A stretch of DNA of 64,000 nt from contig OZ241907.1 of NCBI GenBank assembly GCA_965203515.1, positions 4,071,235 through 4,135,234 of the forward strand, given 5' to 3'. Origin of the DNA: Spirochaetia bacterium (lineage in GTDB: Bacteria > Spirochaetota > Spirochaetia > SZUA-6 > Bin103). A program made the translations under genes and the position numbers. Under the pieces are notes generated by a model that ran no database searches, was not told the DNA's origin, and worked only from the letters and a program-made list of their open reading frames with translations. Positions 26,311-34,912 of the stretch are shown here, piece by piece (position 1 is the stretch's first letter; each line of letters begins with the position of its first letter).

Positions 26311-28140
26311 TCATGATAGCGCGCGATCCCCAAGCTGACCATCCCCCGCTCCCATCGTTCGGTTCGCCACCACGCGGCCGGCGTCCAGCCGCACCACCCG
26401 GTCCGCGGCGGCCAGCACCGCCGGGCGGTGGGCCACGGCGACGATCGTCATGCGCCCGCGCAACGCCCGCAGCGCGGCGACCACGCGGCCTTCGGTCCGC
26501 GCGTCCAGTTGGCTGGTCGCTTCGTCCAGCACCAGCAGCGCCGGCGCGGCGAGCAGGGCGCGCGCCAGGGCCACGCGCTGCCGTTCGCCGCCCGCCAGGC
26601 GGCCGCCGCGGTCGCCCACCACGGTGTCCAGGCCGTGCCGCAGCGCCTGGACGAACTCCTCCGCCGCGGCCGCGCGCAACGCCCGCCAGAGGTCGTCGTC
26701 GGTCGCCCCCGGACGCGACCACGCGAGATTGGCGCGGATCGTGTCGTGGAACAGGTACGGCTCCTGCGGCACGTACGCGGCGGAACGCCGCCAGCGGCGT
26801 CGATTGGCGCCGTCGAGCGGGGCGCCGTCGACCAGCACCGCGCCGCTCGTCGGCTCCAGCAGGCCCAGCAGTACGTCGGCCAGCGTGCTCTTGCCGGCGC
26901 CCGACGGCCCGGAGATCGCCGTGATCTCGCCGGCCGGGAGGTCGAGGGTCACTCCGGCCAGCGCCGCGCGGCCGCCCTGCTGCCCGTAGTCGAAGGAGAC
27001 GGCGCGCACCGCCAGCGCCCGGTTCAGCGGCATGCGCGGCTCGGAGCCGCGCCCGGCGGCATCTTCCGCGGCGCCCCGCAGCGCGAGCAGCATCTCCCGG
27101 GCGTGGTGGTAGGCGGGCAGCGTATTGGCCAGCTCGTGCGCGCTCTGCTGCAGGTTCACCAGCGCGAACATCACGCGCGCGAAGACCGCGGCCAGCACGG
27201 CCAGCTCCGGCAGCGCCAATCCGGCCTCGACCACGGTGAACCAAGCCACTCCCGCCAGCGCCGCGGCGGTGCCCACGTTGAGCGTCGCCCGCGCCGTCGC
27301 GCCCGCCCGGGTGGTGGCCAGTTGCCGCCGGCGCACGGCGTCGACGGCCGCGGCGAAGCGCTGCACGTGGACCCGTTCCGAGGTGAAGCTCTTGGCCAGC
27401 TTCAGGCCGGCCAGAAAGTCCTGCACGTGGGCGAAGATCACGCGGTTCACGCCGGTCAGTTGATCGCCCAGGAGCCGCGAACGGCGCAGCAGCGGCGCCG
27501 TCAGCAGCAGGAACAGGGCGCCCGCGGCCAGCGCCATGGCCGAGACCGGCGGCGAGATGAGCACGGCGACCGCCAACTGCGTCACCGCCAGCAATCCGGC
27601 CACGGTCACCTTCACCAGGTGCGCGGCCGCCTGGCCGATGCGGTACACGTCGCCGGTCAGCACGTGCTGGATGTCCGATTGGCGCTGGCCGGCGAGGAAC
27701 CGCCACTGCGCCCGCGCCACCGCATCCTGCAGCGTGGCGCGGAAGCGATGGACGAAGTCGAGCCGCGTCCGGGCGAGCAGCACGTCGCGTTGCCAGACGG
27801 TCGCCGCGCGCACCGCGGCGAGCGCGACGAAGACGGCGAGCGCCGCCGGCAAGGCCAGCTCCGCCTGCACCAGGTCCGCGGCGCCGGCCAGCAGCTCCGC
27901 AATCCGGTCCTGCCGCTCTTCCGCCGCGCCCACGCCGGCCGCGTGCAGCAGCGGGATGAGCAGGAGGAAGCCGAACGCTTCGGTCGCGTTCGACGCCAAC
28001 TGCAGCAGCGCCGCCAGCGCCGCGGTGCGCGGCCGGTCGGCGGTGAGCGCCCGCGCCAACTGCCCGGCGCCGCGCAAGCCGTTTCCCCGCCCCCGCCCGC
28101 TGCGCGGCCGGGGCGCCGGCGAACTAGCGGGCGCCATCAC
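26311..28140 (-). CDS. ABC exporter, fused permease and ATP-binding domains
   Basis: N-terminal TM domain, GPSGAGKST, Q-loop YVPQE, signature LAGGERQR, LVLDEATS, AHR. Confidence 0.93.
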   Translation of the reverse strand: MMAPASSPAPRPRSGRGRGNGLRGAGQLARALTADRPRTAALAALLQLASNATEAFGFLLLIPLLHAAGVGAAEERQDRIAELLAGAADLVQAELALPAALAVFVALAAVRAATVWQRDVLLARTRLDFVHRFRATLQDAVARAQWRFLAGQRQSDIQHVLTGDVYRIGQAAAHLVKVTVAGLLAVTQLAVAVLISPPVSAMALAAGALFLLLTAPLLRRSRLLGDQLTGVNRVIFAHVQDFLAGLKLAKSFTSERVHVQRFAAAVDAVRRRQLATTRAGATARATLNVGTAAALAGVAWFTVVEAGLALPELAVLAAVFARVMFALVNLQQSAHELANTLPAYHHAREMLLALRGAAEDAAGRGSEPRMPLNRALAVRAVSFDYGQQGGRAALAGVTLDLPAGEITAISGPSGAGKSTLADVLLGLLEPTSGAVLVDGAPLDGANRRRWRRSAAYVPQEPYLFHDTIRANLAWSRPGATDDDLWRALRAAAAEEFVQALRHGLDTVVGDRGGRLAGGERQRVALARALLAAPALLVLDEATSQLDARTEGRVVAALRALRGRMTIVAVAHRPAVLAAADRVVRLDAGRVVANRTMGAGDGQLGDRALS

Positions 28141-29947
28141 CCCGCTCCGCCGCCGGGGCGGGATGCACGTAGCGGTGCGTCAGCACGCCGCGGCCCGGAT
28201 CGTCCGGGTCGGCCCGGAAGTTCCAGCGCCGGCGCTGCAGCTCCACGCTCGTCACGCGCGGTCCGGCGCCGGTCGCGTTGGCGGCCCGGATCATGGCGTC
28301 CAGCAGTTGCTGCCCCACCGCCCGCCCCGCGGGGTCCTGCAGCGTGCGCCGGAGGACCGGCCGGGTGCGGCCCGGCGGCATCGCCCCGATCCACTCCCCG
28401 AACGGCGCCGGTCCGCGGCTGCCGTCCTCGTAGTGGGCGATCGCCGCCACGTACGAAACGACGCCGGCCTCCCCGCGGCCGTGAGCGGTGAACATCTGCA
28501 TCGCCGTCAGCGGATACCACTCGATCTTGGTCACCCACCAGGAGGCCAGAAACAGCATGATCGCCAGGGCGGCTGCCGCGCCCCGCCGGTGCGCGGCGCC
28601 CGGGCGCGCGGCGCCCGGGCGCGCGGCGGCCAGCCGCCCGGCAGCCGGGCGGGCGCGCGGCTCCTCCTCCGGCGCCGCCTCCGCTACCGGCGCCGCGCCG
28701 GGCGCCCGCTCGCCGGACGCCGCGGCGGCCCTTCCTGCCAGCCGCCGGCCCAGCCGCGCCAGCGGGCTCCAGTCGTAGAACACCCACAGCAACAGCATCA
28801 GGTCGAGAAACAAGATGTTCTGCAGGAACAGGATGCCGACGTGGATGCCGATCGTGGCCGCCGGCAGCAGCGCCCGGGCGCGCCGCGAGACCAGTACCAG
28901 CCCGAACGCCAGTTCGGTGCCGAGCGCGACGATCCCCAGCAGCACGAACAGCGCGTCGGGCAGCGGCATGATGCGCAGCGCCAGGTCGAAGTCGAACGGC
29001 CGCGGATCCAGCGTCGGCCGCAGCAGCATCCAGCGCACGCTGTCCGCCGACACCCAGCGCAGACCCATGTAATAGAGCTTGCTGCACCCGGCCGCCGCGT
29101 AGGGCAGGGCGATCACGGTCCAGACCGCATACCGCGCCCAGCCGAAATAGGCGCCGGGCCGATTCGCCGCCGCCGGTGCCTTGCCGCGCGCCGCCCGCCA
29201 CAGTCGGTCCATCGACCACCCCTGGCCGCAGCGCGTGAACGACAGCACCGCCAGCGCGTACAACGGCACGATCCCCGAGTGGTAGTAGAACGAGTGCTCG
29301 CGCACGATGCCGCCCAGCACGAAGTAGCAGACCGCGGCGGCCGGCACCACCGCCCGCGTACCCAACCCGACCACGCCGAGCGCCAACAGCGCCGCGGTGA
29401 GGTACTGAAACACCCGCAGCGCGGCGGCGTTGGCAAGGAACGCGTCGAAGCCGATCGGCAGCAGATGCAGAATCGCCATGAGACCCTGCTGGCGGACCAT
29501 GACGCGCGGCAGCAGCGCCACGCTCATCAGGTCTTCCCGGAGGGTCATGATCAGCAATATCGCGCACACCCAGGCGCGGATCGCGCCCAGGGCGCCGGGG
29601 GTGGCGGCGCCGACCGCGCGGTCGAAGAAGCGCGGCTCCTGCAGCGCCCGCCACAGCGGCTTGACGCCCCACCACGCCGCGCACCAGAGGGCGCCCAGCC
29701 AGGTCCAGCTCGCCCAGTTGCGCAGGTAGAACCGCATGATCTTGCCGCTCAGTCCGCCGCCGCCGTCCTCCCACGCCCCGAGCCATGTACGCAGCGCCCA
29801 GGAGAGCGCCAGCCAGCCGGCCAGCAAGGCCGCGGACAGCGCGGCGCGCCGCGCCAGGAGGCGCCAGGGCAGGGCGCCGGCAGCGGCCGACCACGACCTC
29901 CCCCGATCTCGCAGCCGCTCCCGCACGGCAGCGCCGGCGTACCTCAT
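28124..29947 (-). CDS. Polytopic membrane protein, HTTM-domain-like
   Basis: ATG overlaps the GT2 stop (ATGA); WSMD, YAAAGCSKL...W, E...HVGI, WYPLTAMQMF. Confidence 0.6.
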   Translation of the reverse strand: MRYAGAAVRERLRDRGRSWSAAAGALPWRLLARRAALSAALLAGWLALSWALRTWLGAWEDGGGGLSGKIMRFYLRNWASWTWLGALWCAAWWGVKPLWRALQEPRFFDRAVGAATPGALGAIRAWVCAILLIMTLREDLMSVALLPRVMVRQQGLMAILHLLPIGFDAFLANAAALRVFQYLTAALLALGVVGLGTRAVVPAAAVCYFVLGGIVREHSFYYHSGIVPLYALAVLSFTRCGQGWSMDRLWRAARGKAPAAANRPGAYFGWARYAVWTVIALPYAAAGCSKLYYMGLRWVSADSVRWMLLRPTLDPRPFDFDLALRIMPLPDALFVLLGIVALGTELAFGLVLVSRRARALLPAATIGIHVGILFLQNILFLDLMLLLWVFYDWSPLARLGRRLAGRAAAASGERAPGAAPVAEAAPEEEPRARPAAGRLAAARPGAARPGAAHRRGAAAALAIMLFLASWWVTKIEWYPLTAMQMFTAHGRGEAGVVSYVAAIAHYEDGSRGPAPFGEWIGAMPPGRTRPVLRRTLQDPAGRAVGQQLLDAMIRAANATGAGPRVTSVELQRRRWNFRADPDDPGRGVLTHRYVHPAPAAERGDGAR

Positions 29948-31374
29948 CCGCGCACCCGTCGGAGCAGGCGGCGCCAGCGGGGCGCGGCGGCGCCGGCCGG
30001 CGCCGCCGCGGCCGCGAGCCGCAGCCTTGCGGGGGCGATCTCCCGGACGTCGCCGAAGTCCGCGGGGGCGCCGCCGGTACGCCGCGCCCGATGCAGCGCC
30101 CACGCCCGCGCGATCGCCACCCGTGCGCCGTCCGGCAGGAGCGCGGCGGCAACGGCCGCGCTGCCGAGGCGGGCGCGGAGCCGAGTCACCAGGTCCTTCG
30201 CCAGCACGGTGGCGGGCAGCGTCACGTGGAACGGCGCCGCCGGAAACTCGTCCAGGGCGGAGCGGTCCGGCGCGACGCGCACCCGCGGGTCCGGAGCGAA
30301 TGCCTCATGCAACCAGGCCAGCCGCTTCGGGTCGCGGCGCGCGCCGAGTTCGAGGCGCACCACAAGATCATGCTCGCGGTCGGCCAGGAGGGCCTCGGTC
30401 ACCGCAGCCGCCTGCTCGACCGAACCGCGGCCGGCCTCGACGGTCACCACGTAGCGGGGCACCGCATAGCTGCGCCCGCGCGCCGCGCCGCGGTAGCGGG
30501 GATGGGCGATCAGGTTGGCCGCCTTGCCCTGCTGCAAGCGGCGGCTGCGCTCCTTCGCGGCCCGTCCTTCGGCCCAGCGGCCCTGGTGCCAGACCAGCGC
30601 GGCGCGGACCGGCACGAACAACCCGCCGCGGGTATAGGCCCGATAGGCGAGCTCATTGTCCTCGATCCCCCAGCGCACGAACGATTCATCGCTGCCGCCC
30701 ACCTCCCGGTAGAACTCCCGGCCGATCCCGAAATTCCCCCCCACCACGCACTGGAACAGGTCGTCCGCGCGCGTGGTCAGATCGCGCGTCCGCCGCAGGT
30801 ACGGTTCGACCCAGGGCGGGTCGAACGGGCGGTCCGCGAACAGCTCGCGCAGGGTGCCGGGCCGGCCCCGGATCGCCTCCGCCTCCAGGTCCTCCATCGC
30901 GACGCTGGCGCGCAACCCGACGGTCACCGCGTCGGACACGGCGTGGTGCCAGCGGGCGTGCGCCGCCAGCCAACCCGCTTCCGGCAGCGAATCGCCGTCC
31001 AGGAACAGGATGATGCCGTGCGTGGCCGCCCGAACGCCGGTGTTGCGCGCGCGCGCGATCCCGAACCCGCGGCGTTCCTGGCGCACCACCCGGACGTTCG
31101 GCGGCGCTCCCGGGGGCGGGGCCAGCGGCGGCTCGGAGCCGTCGTCGACGATCACCACCTCGAACAGGTCGCGCGGCCAGGTCTGCCCCGCCAGCGCCGC
31201 CAGGGTCCGCGCCAGCACCGCCGGGGGCGTCTGATAGCAGGGCATGATCACGCTGACCGGCAGCGCGGGGGTGAACTCTTCCGGCGGCGGCAGCGCCACC
31301 TGCCGCCAGTCGTTATAGCGGACCTGCGCCGGCTTGGGGAGCGCCGCGCCGCGCCCCCGATGGAACGGCTGCAT
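29944..31374 (-). CDS. Family 2 glycosyltransferase with galactosyltransferase-type C-terminal motif
   Basis: VSVIMPCY, VDDGS, ARNTG, FLDGD, GGSDESFVRWGIEDNE. Confidence 0.9.
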   Translation of the reverse strand: MQPFHRGRGAALPKPAQVRYNDWRQVALPPPEEFTPALPVSVIMPCYQTPPAVLARTLAALAGQTWPRDLFEVVIVDDGSEPPLAPPPGAPPNVRVVRQERRGFGIARARNTGVRAATHGIILFLDGDSLPEAGWLAAHARWHHAVSDAVTVGLRASVAMEDLEAEAIRGRPGTLRELFADRPFDPPWVEPYLRRTRDLTTRADDLFQCVVGGNFGIGREFYREVGGSDESFVRWGIEDNELAYRAYTRGGLFVPVRAALVWHQGRWAEGRAAKERSRRLQQGKAANLIAHPRYRGAARGRSYAVPRYVVTVEAGRGSVEQAAAVTEALLADREHDLVVRLELGARRDPKRLAWLHEAFAPDPRVRVAPDRSALDEFPAAPFHVTLPATVLAKDLVTRLRARLGSAAVAAALLPDGARVAIARAWALHRARRTGGAPADFGDVREIAPARLRLAAAAAPAGAAAPRWRRLLRRVRG

Positions 31375-31435
31375 CGCGCCCGATAGTATAGTACCCGACC
31401 GAGGCGGCGGCAGCCCGCGCGCCGGGAGCAGAGCG

Positions 31436-32188
31436 GTGAGCATCATCTCACACCGTCACAAGTTCATATTCGTGCGCCCGCGCAAGGTGGGCGGCACCAG
31501 CATCCTGGCGGCGCTGTCACCGCTGTGCGCGCCCGGCGACGTCGTCGCGGACTGCTTTCTGGACCGCTACCTGCCGGCGGTGGACGATGACCGGTTCGTG
31601 ATTGCGGCGCGCAATGCCCAGGTCATTCCCGAGCTGCGCGTTCGGGGAGCGCAAGGCCACGTCCTGCCGGAAACGATCCGTCGGACCGTGGCGCCCGGCG
31701 CGTGGGACGAATACTTCAAGTTCACCGTGGTCAGAAACCCGTGGGACTGGTTCGCGTCGCTGTACCGCTGGAAGATCGACGTCGAATGGCGGGCGGAAAA
31801 ACCGTCCTTTCACCGCGCGCGGCGCGGCTTCCTGCGGTCGCGCTACCGGCTGTGCCGAACGTTGCCCAACTACCTGCTCGGACGCCATCGCCGGAACCTC
31901 GAGTTGATCTTGAAGCGCGCGTGGTTCGCCGAATTGCTGGCCGACCAGCAGGCGTTCTATTTCCTCGACGGGCGACCCTACGCCGATTATTACATCCGCT
32001 TCGAGAATCTGCAGCAGGACTACGCGGAGGTCTGCCGCCTGCTGCAGCTTCCCCGATCGCGGCTGCCCCGCACCAAGAACAAGCTGCAGGACGGCGGCGG
32101 CTACCGCGATTACTACACCGACTGGTCCCGCGCTCACGTCGCCGGCGCGCTGCAGCGGATCGCCACCACGTTCGGGTACCGTTTCTAG
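31436..32188 (+). CDS. PAPS-dependent sulfotransferase (Sulfotransfer_2-like)
   Basis: IISHRHKFIFVRPRKVGGTSI (5'-PSB), FTVVRNPWDWFASLY (3'-PB), RFENL, FGYRF. Confidence 0.85.
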   Translation: MSIISHRHKFIFVRPRKVGGTSILAALSPLCAPGDVVADCFLDRYLPAVDDDRFVIAARNAQVIPELRVRGAQGHVLPETIRRTVAPGAWDEYFKFTVVRNPWDWFASLYRWKIDVEWRAEKPSFHRARRGFLRSRYRLCRTLPNYLLGRHRRNLELILKRAWFAELLADQQAFYFLDGRPYADYYIRFENLQQDYAEVCRLLQLPRSRLPRTKNKLQDGGGYRDYYTDWSRAHVAGALQRIATTFGYRF

Positions 32189-32190
32189 GA

Positions 32191-33747
32191 ATGCGTTCAT
32201 TCAACACCGCCGGTCCCGTCAAGTCCGACATGCACTACTGCATCCCGCCGCTGTCGCGCATCGACCTGGAGGAAGTCCTCCGCCTGGTGCGGGAGGAGAA
32301 GTACTTCGTGCTGCACGCGCCGCGGCAGACCGGCAAGACCTCCGCGCTGCTGGCGCTGGCCGACTTGCTGAACGAACGCGGCTACCACTGCGTGTACGTC
32401 ACCGTGGAGACCGCCCGCACCGCCCGCGACGACGTGGCGCGGGCGGTGCAGGTGGTGCTCGCCGCGCTGGCGGAAGCAGCGGACGCGGCGTTGGACGATC
32501 GCTTCCTGGCCGGCGTCCGGGCCGAGATCCTCGCCGATTTCGGGCCGGACATGGCGTTGCGCACCGCCTTGCGGCGCTGGGCGCAGGCGGCGCCGCGCCC
32601 GCTGGTGCTGCTGATCGATGAGATCGACACGCTGGTGGGCGACTCGCTGCTGGCAGTGCTGCAGCAACTCCGCGCCGGCTACCCCGACCGTCCGGCGCGC
32701 TTCCCGCAGAGCGTCGTGCTGTGCGGCCTGCGCGACGTGCGCGACTACCGCATCGGCGCAACCGGCAGCCCGTTCAACATCGCCGCCAAGTCATTGCGGC
32801 TGAGCGATTTCTCGCGTGACGAGACGCTGGCCCTGCTCGGCCAGCATACCGAGGCGACCGGGCAGCCGTTCGCGCCGGAGGCGCTGGAGGCGGTCTGGAC
32901 GCAGACCTGCGGCCAGCCGTGGCTGGTCAACGCGCTGGCCTACGGCGCCTGCTTCGAGAACAAGGCGCTGCGCGGCGACCGTTCGCGTCCGGTCACCGCC
33001 GCCGCAGTCGCCGCCGTCCGCGAGGAGCTGATCGTCGAACGGGTGACCCACCTCGACTACCTGGCCGACAAGCTGCGCGAGGAGCGCGTGCGGCGGGTGA
33101 TCGAGCCGATGCTGACCGGCGCCGACCGCTACGCCATCACCGACCGCGACCTGGGCTACGCGCGCGACCTGGGGCTGCTGGCCCGCGAGGCGCCGGTGCG
33201 CATCGCCAACCCGATCTACGCCGAGGTGCTGCCGCGCGAACTGTCGTGGGTGGCGCAGGAGACGCTCGACCTTTCGCCGCCGCGTTACGTGCGCGCGGAC
33301 GGCAGCCTGGACGCGGTATTGCTGCTGGGGGAGTTCCAGAGCTTCTTCCGGCGCCACTCCGAGCACTGGCGGGACCGCTTTGCCTACGCGGAGGCGTGGC
33401 CGCAGTTGCTGCTGCAGGCGTACCTGCAGCGGGTGGTGAACGGGGGCGGGCGGATCGAGCGGGAGTACGCGCTGGGGCGGGGGCGGGTCGACCTGCTGAT
33501 CGTATGGCCGCTGGCGCAGCGGGTGCAGGAGGTGGTGGTGGAGTGCAAGGTGGTGCGGGATCGCGACGGGCTGGAGCGGACCATCGCCGAGGGGGTGGAG
33601 CAGACGGCGGGGTACGCGGCGCGCTGCGCGGCGGAGGCGGCGCACCTGGTGGTGATCGACTGTCGGGAGCACCGGACCTGGGAGGAGAAGATATTCCACC
33701 ACCGGCGCGGCGCCGCCGCGGCCCCGGTCGACGTGTGGGGCATGTGA
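32191..33747 (+). CDS. AAA-like ATPase (FNTAGP family) with C-terminal PD-(D/E)XK-like domain
   Basis: MRSFNTAGP, HAPRQTGKTS, LIDEID, SPFNI, GQPWLVNAL, REYALGRGRVDL...ECK. Confidence 0.88.
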   Translation: MRSFNTAGPVKSDMHYCIPPLSRIDLEEVLRLVREEKYFVLHAPRQTGKTSALLALADLLNERGYHCVYVTVETARTARDDVARAVQVVLAALAEAADAALDDRFLAGVRAEILADFGPDMALRTALRRWAQAAPRPLVLLIDEIDTLVGDSLLAVLQQLRAGYPDRPARFPQSVVLCGLRDVRDYRIGATGSPFNIAAKSLRLSDFSRDETLALLGQHTEATGQPFAPEALEAVWTQTCGQPWLVNALAYGACFENKALRGDRSRPVTAAAVAAVREELIVERVTHLDYLADKLREERVRRVIEPMLTGADRYAITDRDLGYARDLGLLAREAPVRIANPIYAEVLPRELSWVAQETLDLSPPRYVRADGSLDAVLLLGEFQSFFRRHSEHWRDRFAYAEAWPQLLLQAYLQRVVNGGGRIEREYALGRGRVDLLIVWPLAQRVQEVVVECKVVRDRDGLERTIAEGVEQTAGYAARCAAEAAHLVVIDCREHRTWEEKIFHHRRGAAAAPVDVWGM

Positions 33748-33810
33748 CGGGGAGGCGCCGCTGCCGGGCCGCGCGGCGTGCCTTGAGCTTTAGCTTAGCT
33801 TAGCTCACGC

Positions 33811-34773
33811 TCATGGTCCGCTGCCGAGCCTTACGAGCGCCTCGATGCAGGAAGCGGTGTCGAGCATTGGGGATGCAAATCCCACCCTCGGCGGATCGGG
33901 CGGCAGGGGCCCCTGCCAGAAGCGGGCCGCCGGCCAACTGCCGTCGGGCCGTTGCCGGCGCAGGATCAGTTCCAGCGCGGCCTCCAGTTCGGCGCCGGCC
34001 GGCGCGGCTCCGAGGATGTGCAGAGCGGACAGCCCGCGCGCGGTGCGCAAGGTGTCGCCGTAGCCGCCGTCCGGCCCGCGCCGGGCGCGGATGCGGTCCG
34101 CAAGCGCCGGCCCGAGGTCCTGCAGCGCGGGCGCGCCGCGCGCGCGGGCGCGGGCCATGGCCTCGTAGAGATCCACGGTGTCGGGGTAATAATGGGAACT
34201 CCCGGCGGCGGTACCGTCCCGCACCAGCTCGGCGAGCCACGCCGCCGCCCGCTCGCCCAGTCGGTTCTGGCCCTGCGCGGCGAGGTAGCCGACCACGTTG
34301 GCGTTCACCACGCTGTCCACGTCCGGGACGCCGGCTTTGGGCGGCTTCAACCAGGTCTTGAACCGGCCCTGATCATCCAGCGCCGTCCGCATCTTCGGGA
34401 CGTTCATGCCGAACATCACCCAGGGGTGCCACGGAATCGCCTGGGAGCAGATGCTGAGACTGTCGAGATCGTTCGGCAGCGACGGCCAGTAGCGCCACAG
34501 CCCCGGATAGCTCATCGACCGGACGATGAATTCGCCGGTCCGGCGCCGGATCGACTGCGCTCGGGGGTCGTCGCAGGGCGCCAGGGTGAGCGCGCCCAGG
34601 CCCGCCACGAAGGGAGCGAGTTCCTCCTCCGCAGACCCCTCGAGCTCCAGGTTCCAGTACATCAGCGACGGCCACGCGCCGTCGGGACGGAGAGAGGCGT
34701 CGAGAAAGTCGAGCCCCCGGTCCACGGCGCCGCGCGCCGCCGCGGCGAGTGACGGGACGGCGAAATCACTCAT
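33811..34773 (-). CDS. Prenyltransferase/squalene-cyclase repeat (alpha/alpha toroid) protein
   Basis: DGAW, DLDS, VVNANV, SHYY, QRPDGSW (QW-like) motifs. Confidence 0.65.
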   Translation of the reverse strand: MSDFAVPSLAAAARGAVDRGLDFLDASLRPDGAWPSLMYWNLELEGSAEEELAPFVAGLGALTLAPCDDPRAQSIRRRTGEFIVRSMSYPGLWRYWPSLPNDLDSLSICSQAIPWHPWVMFGMNVPKMRTALDDQGRFKTWLKPPKAGVPDVDSVVNANVVGYLAAQGQNRLGERAAAWLAELVRDGTAAGSSHYYPDTVDLYEAMARARARGAPALQDLGPALADRIRARRGPDGGYGDTLRTARGLSALHILGAAPAGAELEAALELILRRQRPDGSWPAARFWQGPLPPDPPRVGFASPMLDTASCIEALVRLGSGP

Positions 34774-34912
34774 ATATGTCGTGGAGTATCGGCTGCGACA
34801 GGCGGCATGTCAACGCCAACGGCCCCCAAGGTTGCTTATCCGGTATTTCCGTGGCCTGTCTCGCCGCTGCCTGCGCCCGGCGGCTCGCACCCGGCGTTCG
34901 GCGCCCGCTCGA

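Noticed and set aside
26311..28140. Lasso peptide or other RiPP cluster suggested by the exporter type
   Set aside because: No precursor, cyclase or peptidase gene is visible nearby.
31702..32190. N-terminal extension of the AAA ORF as given in the ORF track
   Set aside because: It overlaps the sulfotransferase in another frame; the family start MRSFNTAGP is at 32191.
33789..33806. Short (TTAGC)x3 repeat between convergent genes
   Set aside because: Too short to assign a function.
33811..34773. Squalene-hopene cyclase call
   Set aside because: Only 320 aa with DLDS in place of DxDD; a single toroid domain is not enough for that call.
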